Below are positions 1 to 13,295 of a stretch of DNA of 60,370 bases, piece after piece. Numbering within the stretch: position 1 is the first letter of the stretch; every line of letters starts with the position of its first letter. The DNA lies in the NCBI GenBank assembly GCA_001179505.1, contig CDMY01000518.1, forward strand, positions 1 to 60,370, given 5' to 3'. The stretch is from Vitrella brassicaformis CCMP3155 (lineage: Eukaryota > Protista > Chromerida). The notes below the pieces were generated by a model. That model did not search any database. It had not been told where the DNA came from and worked only from the letters and a program-made list of their open reading frames with translations. The position numbers were made by a program, and so were the translations under genes.

Positions 1-21
1 CTGTCTGCGTGGGGGAGGGAG

Positions 22-175
22 GGGAGGGTTTGCGGGACTGGGGTGTGCTGATGGGGTGGGGATTGATCCCTCCTTCCCTTGAGCCTGTTTGACTCTGCGT
101 GCTGATGGGACTGTATTTGTATGAGTATCACGGACACACGGACGAGTGTTACGGTTAATGACAGTTTCCCCCCTC
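22..175 (+). repeat. Left copy of 154-bp inverted repeat (pairs with 60217-60370)
   Basis: Bases 22-175 equal the reverse complement of 60217-60370 except at 4 positions (57, 75, 93, 140), by direct manual alignment. Confidence 0.95.
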
Positions 176-534
176 GCGACATGAGCTGGCGGACCTGACC
201 TGCATGTGTTGATATATGTGAGCAACAGAAGGTGAGCGTACAGGTGGGATGTCACGTGTGCGTGTGTTGCTTTGCTTTGCGCACACTCTGCCTTGAGGAA
301 CAACCATCGTGCAGTGACCGCTGCATGAACAAACAAAGGGTAATGAAGGAAATGAGTCCATGCAGAGTTTGTGATGCTCCTCTTACTTGCTGCCACGGCT
401 GCCTTCTTCAAAAGTCCTCACAATCGGACGCGAGCCGAGAGACCAAGTGCGAGCTTGACATTTTTCACTCTCGATTTCATGGTTTGATCACGTTGGGGTA
501 GCTCCGTAGCGGCCTGAGTGAGGCAGTCGCCACC

Positions 535-2581
535 ATGCCAAAACTTCTCTCTTGCGAGAATGTGCTGTTCATGGAAGTGGTCAAGCTGCTCGAGGCCATC
601 AAGCAGAAGCCGAAGCCCACGGACAAGATGGCGTAACCACACGCACACCATACGCAACGCAGACCGCCTCCCATGCTTGTGCAGGCAGGTGCATGCCATG
701 CCTCTGCTGTGCTGTTGTTGTGTGTGTTATCCCCTTACATAGCATTCTGGAGAACTACACCAAGAAGTTTGACGAGACGTGTGACCTGTATCCCCTCTTC
801 CGTCTGCTGATGCCGCAGGCCGACCAAGATCGCAGCGTCTACGGCATGAAAGAGTACGTCCTGGCCAAGGTGTACGGCTCGGGCAGCGTGCTCAGCCTGC
901 CAGAGGCCGAGCGCAACCGGCTCAAGAAGTTCCGCGATCCGGAGTACCAGAAGGGACGGCCAGTGGTAGGCAAGGCACGCAGATAGCCAGACAGAGAGGC
1001 AGGCGAAGAGGCAACGGACACACCACACCATCCACGCCATGCACCCTCTGTGGATGGATGGATGGTCTGTGTGTGTACAGGTTACGGGCGATTTCGGTGA
1101 CGTGCTGTATTCGGTGTTGGTCAACCGGATCCAGGCGCCCGCCAAGAAACTCACTGTCGTACGCACCCTCACTCACTCATACATCCCACCCGACGACCAG
1201 TCAAGAATGCTCTCTTCGCATTGTCGTGTCTGCAGGGTGGTTTGAACCAATTGCTGGACCAGCTGCACCAGTCATGGGACGCCAAGCAGCTCGAGAGGCG
1301 CCAGCAGGGTGACGACAAAGACGCCGACGACAATCCGGAGGGCGGTGCGGAGGCCGCCGAGCCTGCTGCCGCTGGTGGTGGTGGTGGTGGCGGTGGCGGT
1401 GGTGCGGAGGGAGAACACGTAGAGGAAGATGGAGATGTCAAGATGGAGGGGGACGGTGGTGTTGGTGGTGGTAGCAGTGCAGCAGCAGCAGCAGCAGTAG
1501 CAGCTGGTGGTGGTGGTGGTGCTGACAAGGACAAGGGCAAGACGAAACTGCCAAGGATCACCAAGTAAGTACGGGAAGCTTAGGCAGGGGAAGGCAGCGT
1601 AGGCAGTCAACTAACTGCATCCATCGCCCCTCCCTGTGAGTGTGTGCTGGTTGGTTGCAGGGAGCAGGCGTTGAGGCAGATCACCCACTCGGCGAGTGCC
1701 GCCGAGCAGAAGTGGATCGCACGCATCATACTCAAAGGCAATCAATCGTACACACCACACCGACCAATCAACCAATGGACGGACAGAAATCTCTCTCTCG
1801 TTCGTTCGTTGGTGCACTGACTGATTCAGACCTCAAGTGCGGCATCAAGCACGAGACGGTGATCAAGAGGCTGTCCCCCGAGGCCGAAGAAGAGTACAAG
1901 AACACCTCCAGCCTCAAAGTGGTCCTAGATCTCATACGCAAGAGGCGACCAGGCGACGTCGATGACACGCGCGCGCCAGTGGTGCATACCCCCACACACA
2001 CATGCAGCCAACCCTCTCACACACGGTCTGCTTCTGTCTCTGTGTGTGGTGTCTGGTAGGGTGGGATTCGCATAGGTCATTGTTGCCAGGTGGTGAGTGG
2101 CGATGTCCTCAACATGGAGCACGTCGCCAAACTCTTCGCTCCGTAAGTGCCGGCCCCGCTGTGCGCACACCCACACCCACACCCACATCACACCGACACC
2201 GACACTCCCTCTCTCTGTGTTTGGTGATGCGTCCGTCTGTGTATATACAGTGGCCCCCAGGGTGAGCAGCCCCGGTGGGCGGCGGAGCCCAAGCTGGACG
2301 GCTGGCGGATGCAGGTCCACATCGCCAAACACAAACATGACGACACCGGCAAGGAACCCGAGGTCAGTGCGTGAGCAAACAGGACCGCCCGCCCACAACG
2401 CGTCGAGTCATGCGGGCGTGCGCATGTGTGTGTGTGTTGCAGGTGTTCATGTTTGTGCCGCGCCACAAGAAGGACCACACCCAGATCACCTACGCCAAAG
2501 CGGACATCATACCCGCCCTCATCGAGAGTTCCAAGTAGGCTCGCATGCTGGCTAACACACCAGGACTGTTTGTGTACCTGT

Positions 2582-2612
<31 letters not shown>

Positions 2613-3238
2613 GGGGGGNNNNNNNNNNNNNNNNNNNNNNNNNNNNNNNNNNNNNNNNNNNNNNNNNNNNNNNNNNNNNNNNNNNNNNNNNNNNNNNNNN
2701 NNNNNNNNNNNNNNNNNNNNNNNNNNNNNNNNNNNNNNNNNNNNNNNNNNNNNNNNNNNNNNNNNNNNNNNNNNNNNNNNNNNNNNNNNNNNNNNNNNNN
2801 NNNNNNNNNNNNNNNNNNNNNNNNNNNNNNNNNNNNNNNNNNNNNNNNNNNNNNNNNNNNNNNNNNNNNNNNNNNNNNNNNNNNNNNNNNNNNNNNNNNN
2901 NNNNNNNNNNNNNNNNNNGGGGGGGGGGGGGGGGGGGGGGCTGAAGGGTCGATGAGTTGATTGTCGATGGCGAGATGGTGGTGTGGGATAAGGATCAGCA
3001 GCGCTGTGGCGGCTTCCACTTCCAGTAAGTCCATCCACACACACCAGCACGCACAACACAAACAAACGGCTGTATGTCTGTCTGTCTGTCTGTCTTTGTT
3101 TGTTTGTGTGCAGCAAGCCGGTAGCGAATGGTGAGATGGAGGGCCTGCAGATTGCCTACTACGCCTTCGACCTCTTGCACGTCAAGAACGAAGGCCAAGT
3201 GTACCACGTCCTCGACCAACCACTCTACAAAAGACGGT

Positions 3239-3269
<31 letters not shown>

Positions 3270-6225
3270 CATTGGGTGGACTGGACGGACGGACGGATAC
3301 AGCAGGAGGCAGGAACCCTCCATCTCACCATAGGCACCAGGGCACACGTGTGCCTCCTTTGATTGATTTTGTGTCTGTCTCTCAGTGAGCATCTCAAGAG
3401 GGTGTTGCGTGAGGTGCCGAACCGGGTGATGCTGACGCCACACAAGGTCGGTCAGTCAGTCAGCACATGCATAACATAGCCGTCACTCGATAATACGACA
3501 CACAACACAACACAACACATGTCAGTCATGTGTGTGTGTGTGTGTGTTTAGGAGGTGTTTACCAAAGACGAGATCACGCAGGAGTACAATCGGTACAGAC
3601 AGACAGATGGATGGACGGACACCCAGGCCGCCTGCACACACACACTATTAGAGAGTCTGCGATGAGAAGTGTGTGTGTGTGTGTGTGTGTGCGTCGATGG
3701 GTTGACCGACCAGGCACATCGATGCGGACGAGGAGGGCATGATGCTCAAAAACCTCAACGGACCATACCTCCGCGGACAACGGTACGCACACAGACAGAC
3801 AGATAGACAGACAGCGCCCCACCTCCCAACCCAACCATACAGACACAGACACACACACACATTCCTGCATATCCTCTCCCCGTCTGTGTGTGTGCAGCAA
3901 GAACAGCGGCTGGTTCAAGTTGAAGCCCGACTACGGGGGTGACACGATGGACCTTCTCGTGGTGGGCGGCTTCCTCGGCGAAACCTCCGGCCGCCGAAAC
4001 CACGTACGTCGATCGTGGTGCATCCCAGCCCAACCAGCCATGGGTCGGCTCCCTCCCTCCCTCTCTCGTCTGTCTCCCTCTCTGTTTGTTCATCTATCTG
4101 CAGTCGTCCAGCGAGCTGGTGGACCACATCACTCATTTCCTGGTGGCGGTGCGCAAGAAGACGGAGGAGGGCGAGGACAAGGCCGAGAGCCTCAACCACG
4201 TCATACCCATCACCAAGATCGGCACCGGATTCACCATGGAGGAACTCAGAAGCGCCAGGAACCACGTCAGGAACCACGTCATCCAGTAAGGGAAGCGAAG
4301 CGAATGGGCGGGCAGCTTAGCTTAGCTTGGCTGCGGGAGGGAATTTTTCCTCATCTGGTCGCACCGCACATACGTGTGTGTCCCGCCGTGTGGCATATGA
4401 CTGACACCCATGTACTGCACAGGTACAAGCGCCCCTCTGACGCGCCGTGGTTCCCTCCTGACTGGAGACCTTCCGCCAAAGTCAAGTAACAGTCCAATGA
4501 AGCCAACAACACCAATGAGCGAGGGAGTGTGTGTGGGTCTCTCTCTCTCTGTGTGTGTGTGTGTGTGTCTCCTCAGGCCTCATTTGGTGTGGCCGCCGTC
4601 CAAGGGCTGGGTGATGGAGGTGGTGTGTGCCGAGATCGTCGATGCGGACGACTTCCCCTTCTCACACGACGGCATTCGCAAGACGCTCAGACAGTACAGA
4701 CAGACACACGAAAGGAGAAACTCGTGTTTGTGGTTGCCTGCCTGCACGTCTCTCTCTCTCTGTGTGTGTGTGTGTGTGTGTGCAGCCCCCGTGTGCCCTT
4801 CAGGAAGGGCGCCAGCGCCTTCATGCGAGACGACAAACAGCCCATCGACGCCGAGGACGAAGATTCCATCGCGGTCAGTCGCACACACGCAGGCACACAG
4901 CCACGCCACGTCGATGCACTCACTGCGTCCCCTCCTGCCTCTCTCCTCTCCTCCCCTTCGCGTCTGTGTGTGTCTGCCTGCACAGAAGTGGCTTAGTGGC
5001 GACCCCTTCACCCGCAACAACCGTATCCGCGTTCGCCGCGCCGGTGGTGACGACGAGAACGGCGGCGGCGGGTCGTCGGATGAGGTGAGTTTGTGAGCGA
5101 GCCCAACGACACGCCCACAAGACACGACACACGCGCGGCCGACACACGTGTGCATCTCTGGGGGGATGGATGGATGTAGGGTGAGGGTGCTCCCGAGAGG
5201 AAGAAGGCCAAGAAGAGCCACCACCGCCGTGACGGCCCCCTCCAGCGCGGCATCATCGACAGCCAGAAGCCCATCGACGTCTCTCACGTAGTGCCCATCT
5301 CGGACCTCTTCAAGAACGAACAGGTGGGCCGGTCGGCCGTCGAAACAAGACGACCAAGACGAAGGTCCCTGTGTGTCTGTGAGTGAGTGTGTGTGTGTGT
5401 GTGCGTGTGTGCAGTTCCACTTCCTGGGTGAGGACGAGGAGTTTTCGCGTGCCGTTCTGACGGTCAGGGTGGTGGAGCTGGGTGCCGACAAGATGGTTCC
5501 GGTGCACTACAAACCTCTGACCACCACACGCGTCATCGCACCCAAGTGAGTACGCACAATAGATGTTCATGCCACCCACTGTGTGTGGACGTGTGGACGT
5601 GTGGGGCTTGGGGTCCAGGGAGACCTACAACACGCGCTGCTTCCATCGGCGGTGGCAGAAGGAGGTTATCAGGCCACAGTGGATCATCGACTGCATGGAA
5701 CAGAACAGGGTGGGGTGCGTATGTGCGGGCGGATACGCCACGCACCACCCAGACAGACAGACAGACAGACAAACCATTCACCACTGTCTGTTTCTGTCTG
5801 TGTGTCTGTCTGTCTGTCTGTCTGTGTGTCTGTCTGTCAGAAGTTGGATCTGCACCCGCGGTACCTGGTGCACTCATCGCCAGAGCTAGACGAGAAGTGG
5901 GCCGACCTCATGGACCAGTACGGAGACCTCTACTACGAAGACGTCACGCCAGGTACACCCACTCACACACACGACACCTTCCATCCAATGTCTGTCTGTC
6001 TGTCTGTGTGTCGATGTGTCAATATTGGGTGTTAACACAGAGGGTCTGGCCAAGTTGATGGATTCGATGCCCACGCCCCCGCCCGACTCGGAGGCGGCCA
6101 AGACCGCCGAGTACCTCATGGAGAGATACCCCAACCTCATGCGCACCAAACAAATGCCTTACGTGTGAGTCAGTCTCACGCCCCCAACTTGCGACCGACC
6201 TATACAGGCATCCCTCTCCCTCTCC

Positions 6226-6258
<33 letters not shown>

Positions 6259-7405
6259 TGTGTGTCACATTCAGGGGCATGCGCGTGTACATCGACCAGC
6301 CCAACTACCTGCGCGAGTACATCGGTAGCACCCCCCGGCCCCGCCCATCCGCAGCACCTGCTGCCTCTGCCTCTGCATCAGCCAGTGCTGCCGGTGGTGC
6401 CCGGCCAGCCGCCCCTCGCCAAGCACCGGCAGCGTCCAGGCACGACCTGAAGGCGGGATGTGACGAGCTGGACCGGATGACAGAGGAGATGGAGCGTGGC
6501 CTGGTGGCCTTGAAGATGTCGCAGCGGGGGGCGCGCATAGTCGACACGCAGGGCATGGCCACACACATCGTCACCACGGACAACGGTGAGAACACAGGGA
6601 TGGATGGATGGATGGACGTGAATCTCTCGGATGGATCGCTCAGGCGTGTGTAAGGTGGTTGAGGTGCGTTCAGGGGGTGTGCTCGAGATGGAGGAGAGTG
6701 ACGATGACGACATTCCCTACGACAATCCGCTGGACGTCATGGAAGAGGACACATAGAGAGACAGACTACCGGGGGATATATATGGTTGTGGGAAGGGGGG
6801 CGGGGTAGATAGAAATGTTGACGCGCGGGTGGGGTGGCATGGTCTGACTTGTTTGTCGGTGTGTATGTGTGTGTATGCTATGCTGCTTTGATTATCCATG
6901 GCGGTTCTGTTCCATCCAGGTGTCCGCTGGCCAGTTGAAATGTTCGACGCATCCCTCCCTCCCTGGTGTCCCGTACCTGAGTATACAGAAACCCACCACC
7001 GTGCACGAAACACTTCGCCCGACTCACTGATCTCGAGTGCTCTCACGCTGACTTCACTGCCGCCCCTCTCTGGTGCGGTGCGTGTGGCTGTGCTGATGAA
7101 CACAACACAACAACCCCGGCCCCACACACCCCCTCACCGGCACATCGGTCGGTAAGGAGCTGCGTGTTGCCGGTGTGTCTGTGTCAGGCGCATCAGTGAG
7201 TGACGCCACACGCCCATCCATCCATCCATCGAGGGCACCCAGGCAGAACACACACGTACAAACGCACAAACGCCCTCACATGACAGTGTTTGTCTGTCCT
7301 GTCTTCATGGCTGCCCGTGTCCTCACTCACACCGTGTGCGTGGAGGAGTGTCACGCCACGTCGAAGCAACACCTGGACGGGATGCTGCTCTCACGCGCCG
7401 CCTGA
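535..7405 (+). CDS. LIG4: DNA ligase IV (ATP-dependent, NHEJ type), multi-exon
   Basis: Spliced exons give the DBD motif LYPLFRLLMPQADQDRSVYGMKE, adenylation motif EPKLDGWRMQVH (~2285), YYAFDLL, EGMMLK, GWFKLKPDY-GDTMDLLVVGG and TLRHPR. A BRCT domain (RPQWIIDC) and an XRCC4-binding-like DQYGDLYYEDVT follow. ATG 535, TGA 7403-7405. The gap at 2619-2918 lies within the gene. Confidence 0.92.
2619..2918. other. Scaffold gap (300 N) flanked by poly-G
   Basis: Exactly 300 N with G runs on both sides. The other five gaps are also exactly 300 N, so this is a placeholder length. Confidence 0.98.
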
Positions 7406-7500
7406 GTCACACCACGCACACAGAGGGAGGTGAGGACACACACGCAGCTAACAAATCCGGTACGGGCCCTCTATCAATCCGACGACATGCAACCATCCCC

Positions 7501-7800
7501 NNNNNNNNNNNNNNNNNNNNNNNNNNNNNNNNNNNNNNNNNNNNNNNNNNNNNNNNNNNNNNNNNNNNNNNNNNNNNNNNNNNNNNNNNNNNNNNNNNNN
7601 NNNNNNNNNNNNNNNNNNNNNNNNNNNNNNNNNNNNNNNNNNNNNNNNNNNNNNNNNNNNNNNNNNNNNNNNNNNNNNNNNNNNNNNNNNNNNNNNNNNN
7701 NNNNNNNNNNNNNNNNNNNNNNNNNNNNNNNNNNNNNNNNNNNNNNNNNNNNNNNNNNNNNNNNNNNNNNNNNNNNNNNNNNNNNNNNNNNNNNNNNNNN
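7501..7800. other. Scaffold gap (300 N)
   Basis: 300 N between the convergent 3' ends of LIG4 and cytochrome c1. Confidence 0.98.
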
Positions 7801-7945
7801 CCACACACACACACGCACCGCGCTTCAAGGCCGCCCGCACACCGGACAACGCACACCATGAGCCAGCCCAGCACTTGTTCCCGAATCCCTCCGTGCCGTT
7901 CCTGGATAAGTCGGTGGTGTGCCGTGGTGTGTGGTGTCATTCATG

Positions 7946-8391
7946 TCAGGTGAAGACGGGTTTGACGAAGTCGATGCGGCGCGTGCGGTACTGGATGTAG
8001 ATCATGCGGCAGTAGGTGTCTGCACACCAACACACCACACCACACCCACATAGAAGGATGACATGACATACACACATCTATCTGATCTGTCTGTCCCGTC
8101 CGTCCTTGCGTCATGGTCTCATCTCACGCAACGCACATGAGAAGAGTCCTCCGATGAAGGCCGCAGACGCCGCCCTGACGCGACGCAACCAAGAGAGAGA
8201 GTGCCGGGGAGCGTCGTGTGGATGTGACGTGACGTGTGTGGGGTGGTGAGTGCCTGCTCTACGTCTACGTACTTGATCCCAATCAGCTTGCGCTCGTCTG
8301 TGGCAGGCTCGGTAGCCCACGTCAAAAATTGAGCCACATCCTTCGCCTGACACAACACAACACAACACGACAGGACGCTCTTGCTTTCTCC

Positions 8392-8424
<33 letters not shown>

Positions 8425-9871
8425 TGAGTCCATCCAGCTCACCATTTGGCTGACGGTTGCGGGGGTGCCGTCCTCGTACTCAATGATGCCGTCGCTCAAG
8501 GGCTGACCGACGAACGAACCGACCAGCCCACCAACCAGCCCATGAGACAGACAGGGGTGCGTGTGTGCGGTGGGGGGACGGACTTACGGGTGGCATGGCG
8601 ATGATACCGCCCTCGGTGTAGGTGTTGTAGTATTGCCCTGGGTTCATAGGCATGCCCTCGGGTGGGTCGCGGTAACTGACACACACACACACACACAGAG
8701 GGAGAGAGATCTCCATGAATGCGGTCTTGTTTGTGTCTGCCTGAGGCCAACCAACGGCCCCCCCCCCCCCCCCCCCCNNNNNNNNNNNNNNNNNNNNNNN
8801 NNNNNNNNNNNNNNNNNNNNNNNNNNNNNNNNNNNNNNNNNNNNNNNNNNNNNNNNNNNNNNNNNNNNNNNNNNNNNNNNNNNNNNNNNNNNNNNNNNNN
8901 NNNNNNNNNNNNNNNNNNNNNNNNNNNNNNNNNNNNNNNNNNNNNNNNNNNNNNNNNNNNNNNNNNNNNNNNNNNNNNNNNNNNNNNNNNNNNNNNNNNN
9001 NNNNNNNNNNNNNNNNNNNNNNNNNNNNNNNNNNNNNNNNNNNNNNNNNNNNNNNNNNNNNNNNNNNNNNNNNNNNNCCCCCCCCCCCCTACCCAGTGAG
9101 CAGTGAGAAGATGTAGTCAGCGTTGCCGTGCATCCCCGCCACGATACCCGACAGGTCGGGCGGAAGCGCACCGCCGTTCGCATAACGCGCAGCTGCACAC
9201 ATCACCACATCATGGCTGTCTATGTGTCGGATGGATGGATGGCTGTGGTACCATCGTCGTTGGGGTATGGTCGCGGGAATGAGTCTGTCCAGATGCCGGG
9301 CCTCACGAAGATCTCGCCCTCCTGGTTCGGACCGTCAAACACGTCATACTGGGCCGCTATTTGCTGCACAGCACAGCACACCACGTGACGCAACATGCCA
9401 TCTCTCTCCTTGGCTGATGAGCGTTGCTCTCTGTTTGTTGTGACGCACGCAACGCAACGCACCTTGACTCTCTTCTCGGGGTAGACCTCGTTGATGAGGT
9501 GCCGGAAGCTGAGTTCCACCATCGAGTGGCAGTTGGCACACACCTTCTGGTACACCTCAAACCCGCGACGAACACTGAACGAAGCACGTGACGCGCACTG
9601 GCATCTATCTCTCTCTCCATCTCTCCATCCATCCATCCATCCAGCCTGTGCTGCCTGCCCATCTAGATATCTACCTGGGTATGTCATGGCCATGCAGCAT
9701 CCACTTGAACCAGAAGGGGTAGAATGGCGGACGAGGAGGATACCCGCGGTCCGAGCACCGGGCCGTGTGCCGCTCCCTATCCCTCACTGCACCGTAGCTC
9801 AGCACGCCGCCCGCCGCACCAGCCACAGCCACTACACCCACCCCCTGTGCTAGACGCCTCCGAAACTCCAT
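7946..9871 (-). CDS. CYC1: Mitochondrial cytochrome c1 (complex III heme protein), multi-exon
   Basis: Heme motif [39 protein letters not shown], axial Met in [33 protein letters not shown], and C-terminal RTRRIDF. The N-terminal [10 protein letters not shown] is presequence-like. Exons join in frame across the intronic gap at 8778-9077. Confidence 0.95.
8778..9077. other. Scaffold gap (300 N) flanked by poly-C, intronic in CYC1
   Basis: 300 N. The flanking exons join as FSLLTG|YRDPP, so no coding sequence appears to be missing. Confidence 0.97.
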
Positions 9872-9879
9872 CCTCCCTC

Positions 9880-9935
9880 ACTGCCAGCTCACAAACCAGT
9901 GTTGCGATGCCTGGCAGCGTCTCTGAGCTGGCAGT
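9880..9935. promoter_or_regulatory. Perfect 12-bp inverted repeat (ACTGCCAGCTCA...TGAGCTGGCAGT) just upstream of CYC1 ATG
   Basis: Arms at 9880-9891 and 9924-9935 are exact reverse complements with a 32-nt spacer. Function is inferred only. Confidence 0.55.
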
Positions 9936-10072
9936 TACGCCGTCACGCTCTCATTTCCAGCCGCGAGCTTCTGAAGCATTGCGAGCTTAGCTGACTGAGA
10001 TGTGGCAGAAGGGAAAGAGGCATAGAAACAGGCTCAGACCGGCTGGCATGTGACCCTCATGGTCCGTGGAGG

Positions 10073-11242
10073 ATGTATTTCACCATCATCTATGGGATCT
10101 TCAATTGGCAGCGGTATCAGGAGCGATGGCAAGCCTTCGGGGAGCATGTACTGCGGCCGCTGCACGCCAAGTTTGAGCGCGTCCATCACGACGCAACGTA
10201 AGCAAGAGAATGCAGCCGTCCCGTCCATTTTGCGTGAAGGCGCATGCGCACATTCATGATCTGCGCACAGGACGTGGCTGCCTGAGGTCCTGGAGCTCTT
10301 CCGGCAAGAACTGAGGTCCGAACGAAAGAACATAACGCCACAAATGGTGTGGTATGTTGGCTGATGGGGATTTCTTATGCAGGGATCCCAAGCTGCTGAC
10401 GCCGTACGACCGCAGTGTGATCATCGACTCTCACGTGTGGGGCCCGGCCGTCACACGCTCCCTCGCCCTCTCGACGGCCCTCCACTACTCAATCGAGACC
10501 GCCTCCCGCTACTACCGCCCTGGAGCGCCTTCGAGGGCCGCACTCATCTCGATACGTGAGCAGACGACGAAGATGCACGCACGCCGAGGGTCATTCTGTG
10601 CCTCATGTGTTGTGTGGTTGGCGTCTGTGTGTCTGTCTGGTGCAGCTGGCTCTGTGATGATTTTGTGTTACAATGTGTGCAACGATTGGTACACGCAGTC
10701 GCTGGAGCGCTTCCTCTGCCCAAACTTCGAGGCTAAGCGGATTGAATGCGACAGCCCTCTGGCTCTCAAAGTGCGGGCAAAGTAGGTCGACCACACCACA
10801 CCACACCACACCACACCACACACCACACACACACGCAAATCAAGTGCCGTTTCATTGCCATGGATGTGATGTGTTCAGGGTGATTGAGCATTGCCAGTGC
10901 ACTCAGGTTCCATTCATGACACCGACGGACGCCCATCCATCGCCGCGGAGCGATGCGGCCGAGCCGTTGGATGTGAGCGACAAGTCCATGTCAGTGCCTG
11001 GCACAAGCAGCCGCACGGTTGTGTCGAGGTGGTTTTCTGACCCCGCCGAGAGGGGGAGTGTTGATAGGTCCCTGAGTCACTGTGCGGCTGGTAGTGGGGG
11101 TCAAGGGGAGGGAAAGCGTCAGATGACGGTGGGGGGGCTGGACTTGGTGCATCTCGATGCGTCCTGCGCCAAGGTGCTGGAGTATGAGCATAGGAGACTC
11201 AGCAGGCTCTACAAAGAGATAGAACAAAAAAGAGATAGATGA
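10073..11242 (+). CDS. Hypothetical protein, multi-exon, Cys-rich middle
   Basis: GT-AG joins link MYFTIIYGIFNWQRYQERW..., DPKLLTPYDRSVIIDSHVWG..., ILCYNVCNDWY... and FHCHGCDVFRVIEHCQC... to TGA 11240-11242. No family recognised. Confidence 0.55.
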
Positions 11243-11515
11243 TGGACCAGACCGGACTGACCAGTGAAGAATGAATGAATGGATGCATTTAGTTTGTCGC
11301 ATGACGAAGCGACTCGGTGACAGCGCATTCAATGACACACGCACATCCACACAATTAGCTACATGTACACACCACGCCAGCGGAACTGTACAGTGCCGGG
11401 GGGCAAAAAAGTGCCGCCCGGCCGGCAGTCCAATCATAATCAATACAATCGAACGAATCGACAAAGCACAGACAGTACACCACAATTAGTGCTGCCACGG
11501 GCTGCAGCGACAGCT

Positions 11516-13295
11516 CTACATGACCTTCCTCAGTATCGGCTTGGCGGTTGCCGCCACTGTCTGGCGCACCTTGGCCGCCCTCCGCTTGAACTCGCCCACA
11601 GGATGGAGGAAGGTGTCAGCATCACGGTGGTCGCACACCTTGACAATTGGCGGCGCAAGGGCCGACGCAAGATGGCCGAACTGGAAGGCCAGCAGGACTA
11701 GGCCGGCGATGTGGGTGCCAAAGGCGCTCTGCAATTCGGCACCTGCGGACATGAAAAGAGTGGATTCAAACCGATACACACCTGCGGATGGGTGTTCGTG
11801 TTGATTTCTTTGTTCTTTCCCACCTTGCCAAATGCCATCGCACGTCACCCATATGCCTCGCCAGCTGAACACGACAGCCAGGCCAACCAGATACCTGAAC
11901 CAACACACGGGGCTCACACACAGAGGTTTCCTACGTGACCCTCTGGCCGTGCTGCTCACATACACACATAAACACATACATGTATCCGAATTTGGCGACA
12001 GATCTCATGAGCGGCCCCTCGATGTGGGCTATCCGCCCGCCGATGCGTTTCTGGAAGGCCATGGCGATGGCTATGGCGCTGTATCCGACGGCGAGGCTGC
12101 ACAGACCCGACTTGATGAGGTCGTCAGGGAACAGATAGTGATCCAGCGTCAACCTGACGACGGACAGACAAGTGAAGACTCACAAAGGGTGGTCATGGGT
12201 ATGCTGATTGACTGACCATGTCCCTCTCCAGAAGAGGACCACAGCGACGGTCATGCCCATTCGAAAGAGGATCGCCTTGACGTCCTCCCAGCCAATGCCA
12301 TGCGCCTCGTGGTGATGGCCACTCTGGGGCTCAGTGCTCGCCGCGGGCACGTGCTGGCGCACGATGACGACATCACACGACTGAGGAGCTGAGTACAGAA
12401 TGGAGATAAGAGCGACAATCCTCCTCTGTCTGTTCGAGTGAGTTGCATCGTTTGTTTCGAACCGTTGGCCAGTATGTAGCTGCTGACGTGACCGATCTTC
12501 TCGTTTGTCCCAAAGCCAAGCACAGCCAAATGGGCATTCTCTCGTTTAAGAACTGTACAAGTACCAACCGCACCAGACCAGACAAGAAAGACAGACAATG
12601 CGGACACGCAGGAACTCCCCCTTGCTGGCCGACTGACCACCCCATCCGCCCACCATTGAGCAGTCCGGCTCTCGGCCCTCCCGCTTCGGGCGCATCCACC
12701 ACCTCACAAGCATGGCTCACACCGTCGGGCGCCTTCTCCCTCGCAGCGGATGCCATCTCATCCCGAATGGTGCGGTCATTCAGCGGTGCGGGGCTGGCGA
12801 TGTGTGAGGCCTGCCGCACCTCAAACAGCCGTTTCATGGGCTGGAGGATGGTCACGTCAAGTGCGGCAGCGAGGGGTGGAGGGGGAGGCCAGGAGGCACC
12901 TGTTGGGCGGCAGTGGAGGGCTATCACGTGATCGGAGGGCTGCGAGAGCTCGAAGGCCTGACAAGATGATAAGATGCGAATGCATTTCAATCCATCCAGG
13001 GATCTTTCCGGTGTTTTGTCGTATCGATGTGTGTGTATACCCTTCTCATTGCCAAGCGGCTGTTCTCAAAATCCCTCGCGCCAACACCGACCTGCAGGCA
13101 AGGCAACGCAATACACACACAGATAATTGAACCATCCTTCCCGCATGATGTTTGCCTGCCTCTCCTGACCACAATGGTCCACTGCCGGCCTTTGGATCTT
13201 GCCGCCGACGAGCTGCAGAATCGACCAACAGGGATGAGGCTGCAGCCGTGCCTTCCAGCATCAATGCGGGCATTCAGCGCTCGGCGAATCGTCAT
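11516..13295 (-). CDS. Fuseless-like multi-pass membrane protein
   Basis: Repeated motifs VVLFWRGTW..LDHYLFPDDLIKSGLCSLAVG and LVGLAVVFSWRGIW resemble the Fuseless family (Pfam Fuseless, recalled from memory). The start at 13295 is inferred from two in-phase upstream exons. Confidence 0.6.
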
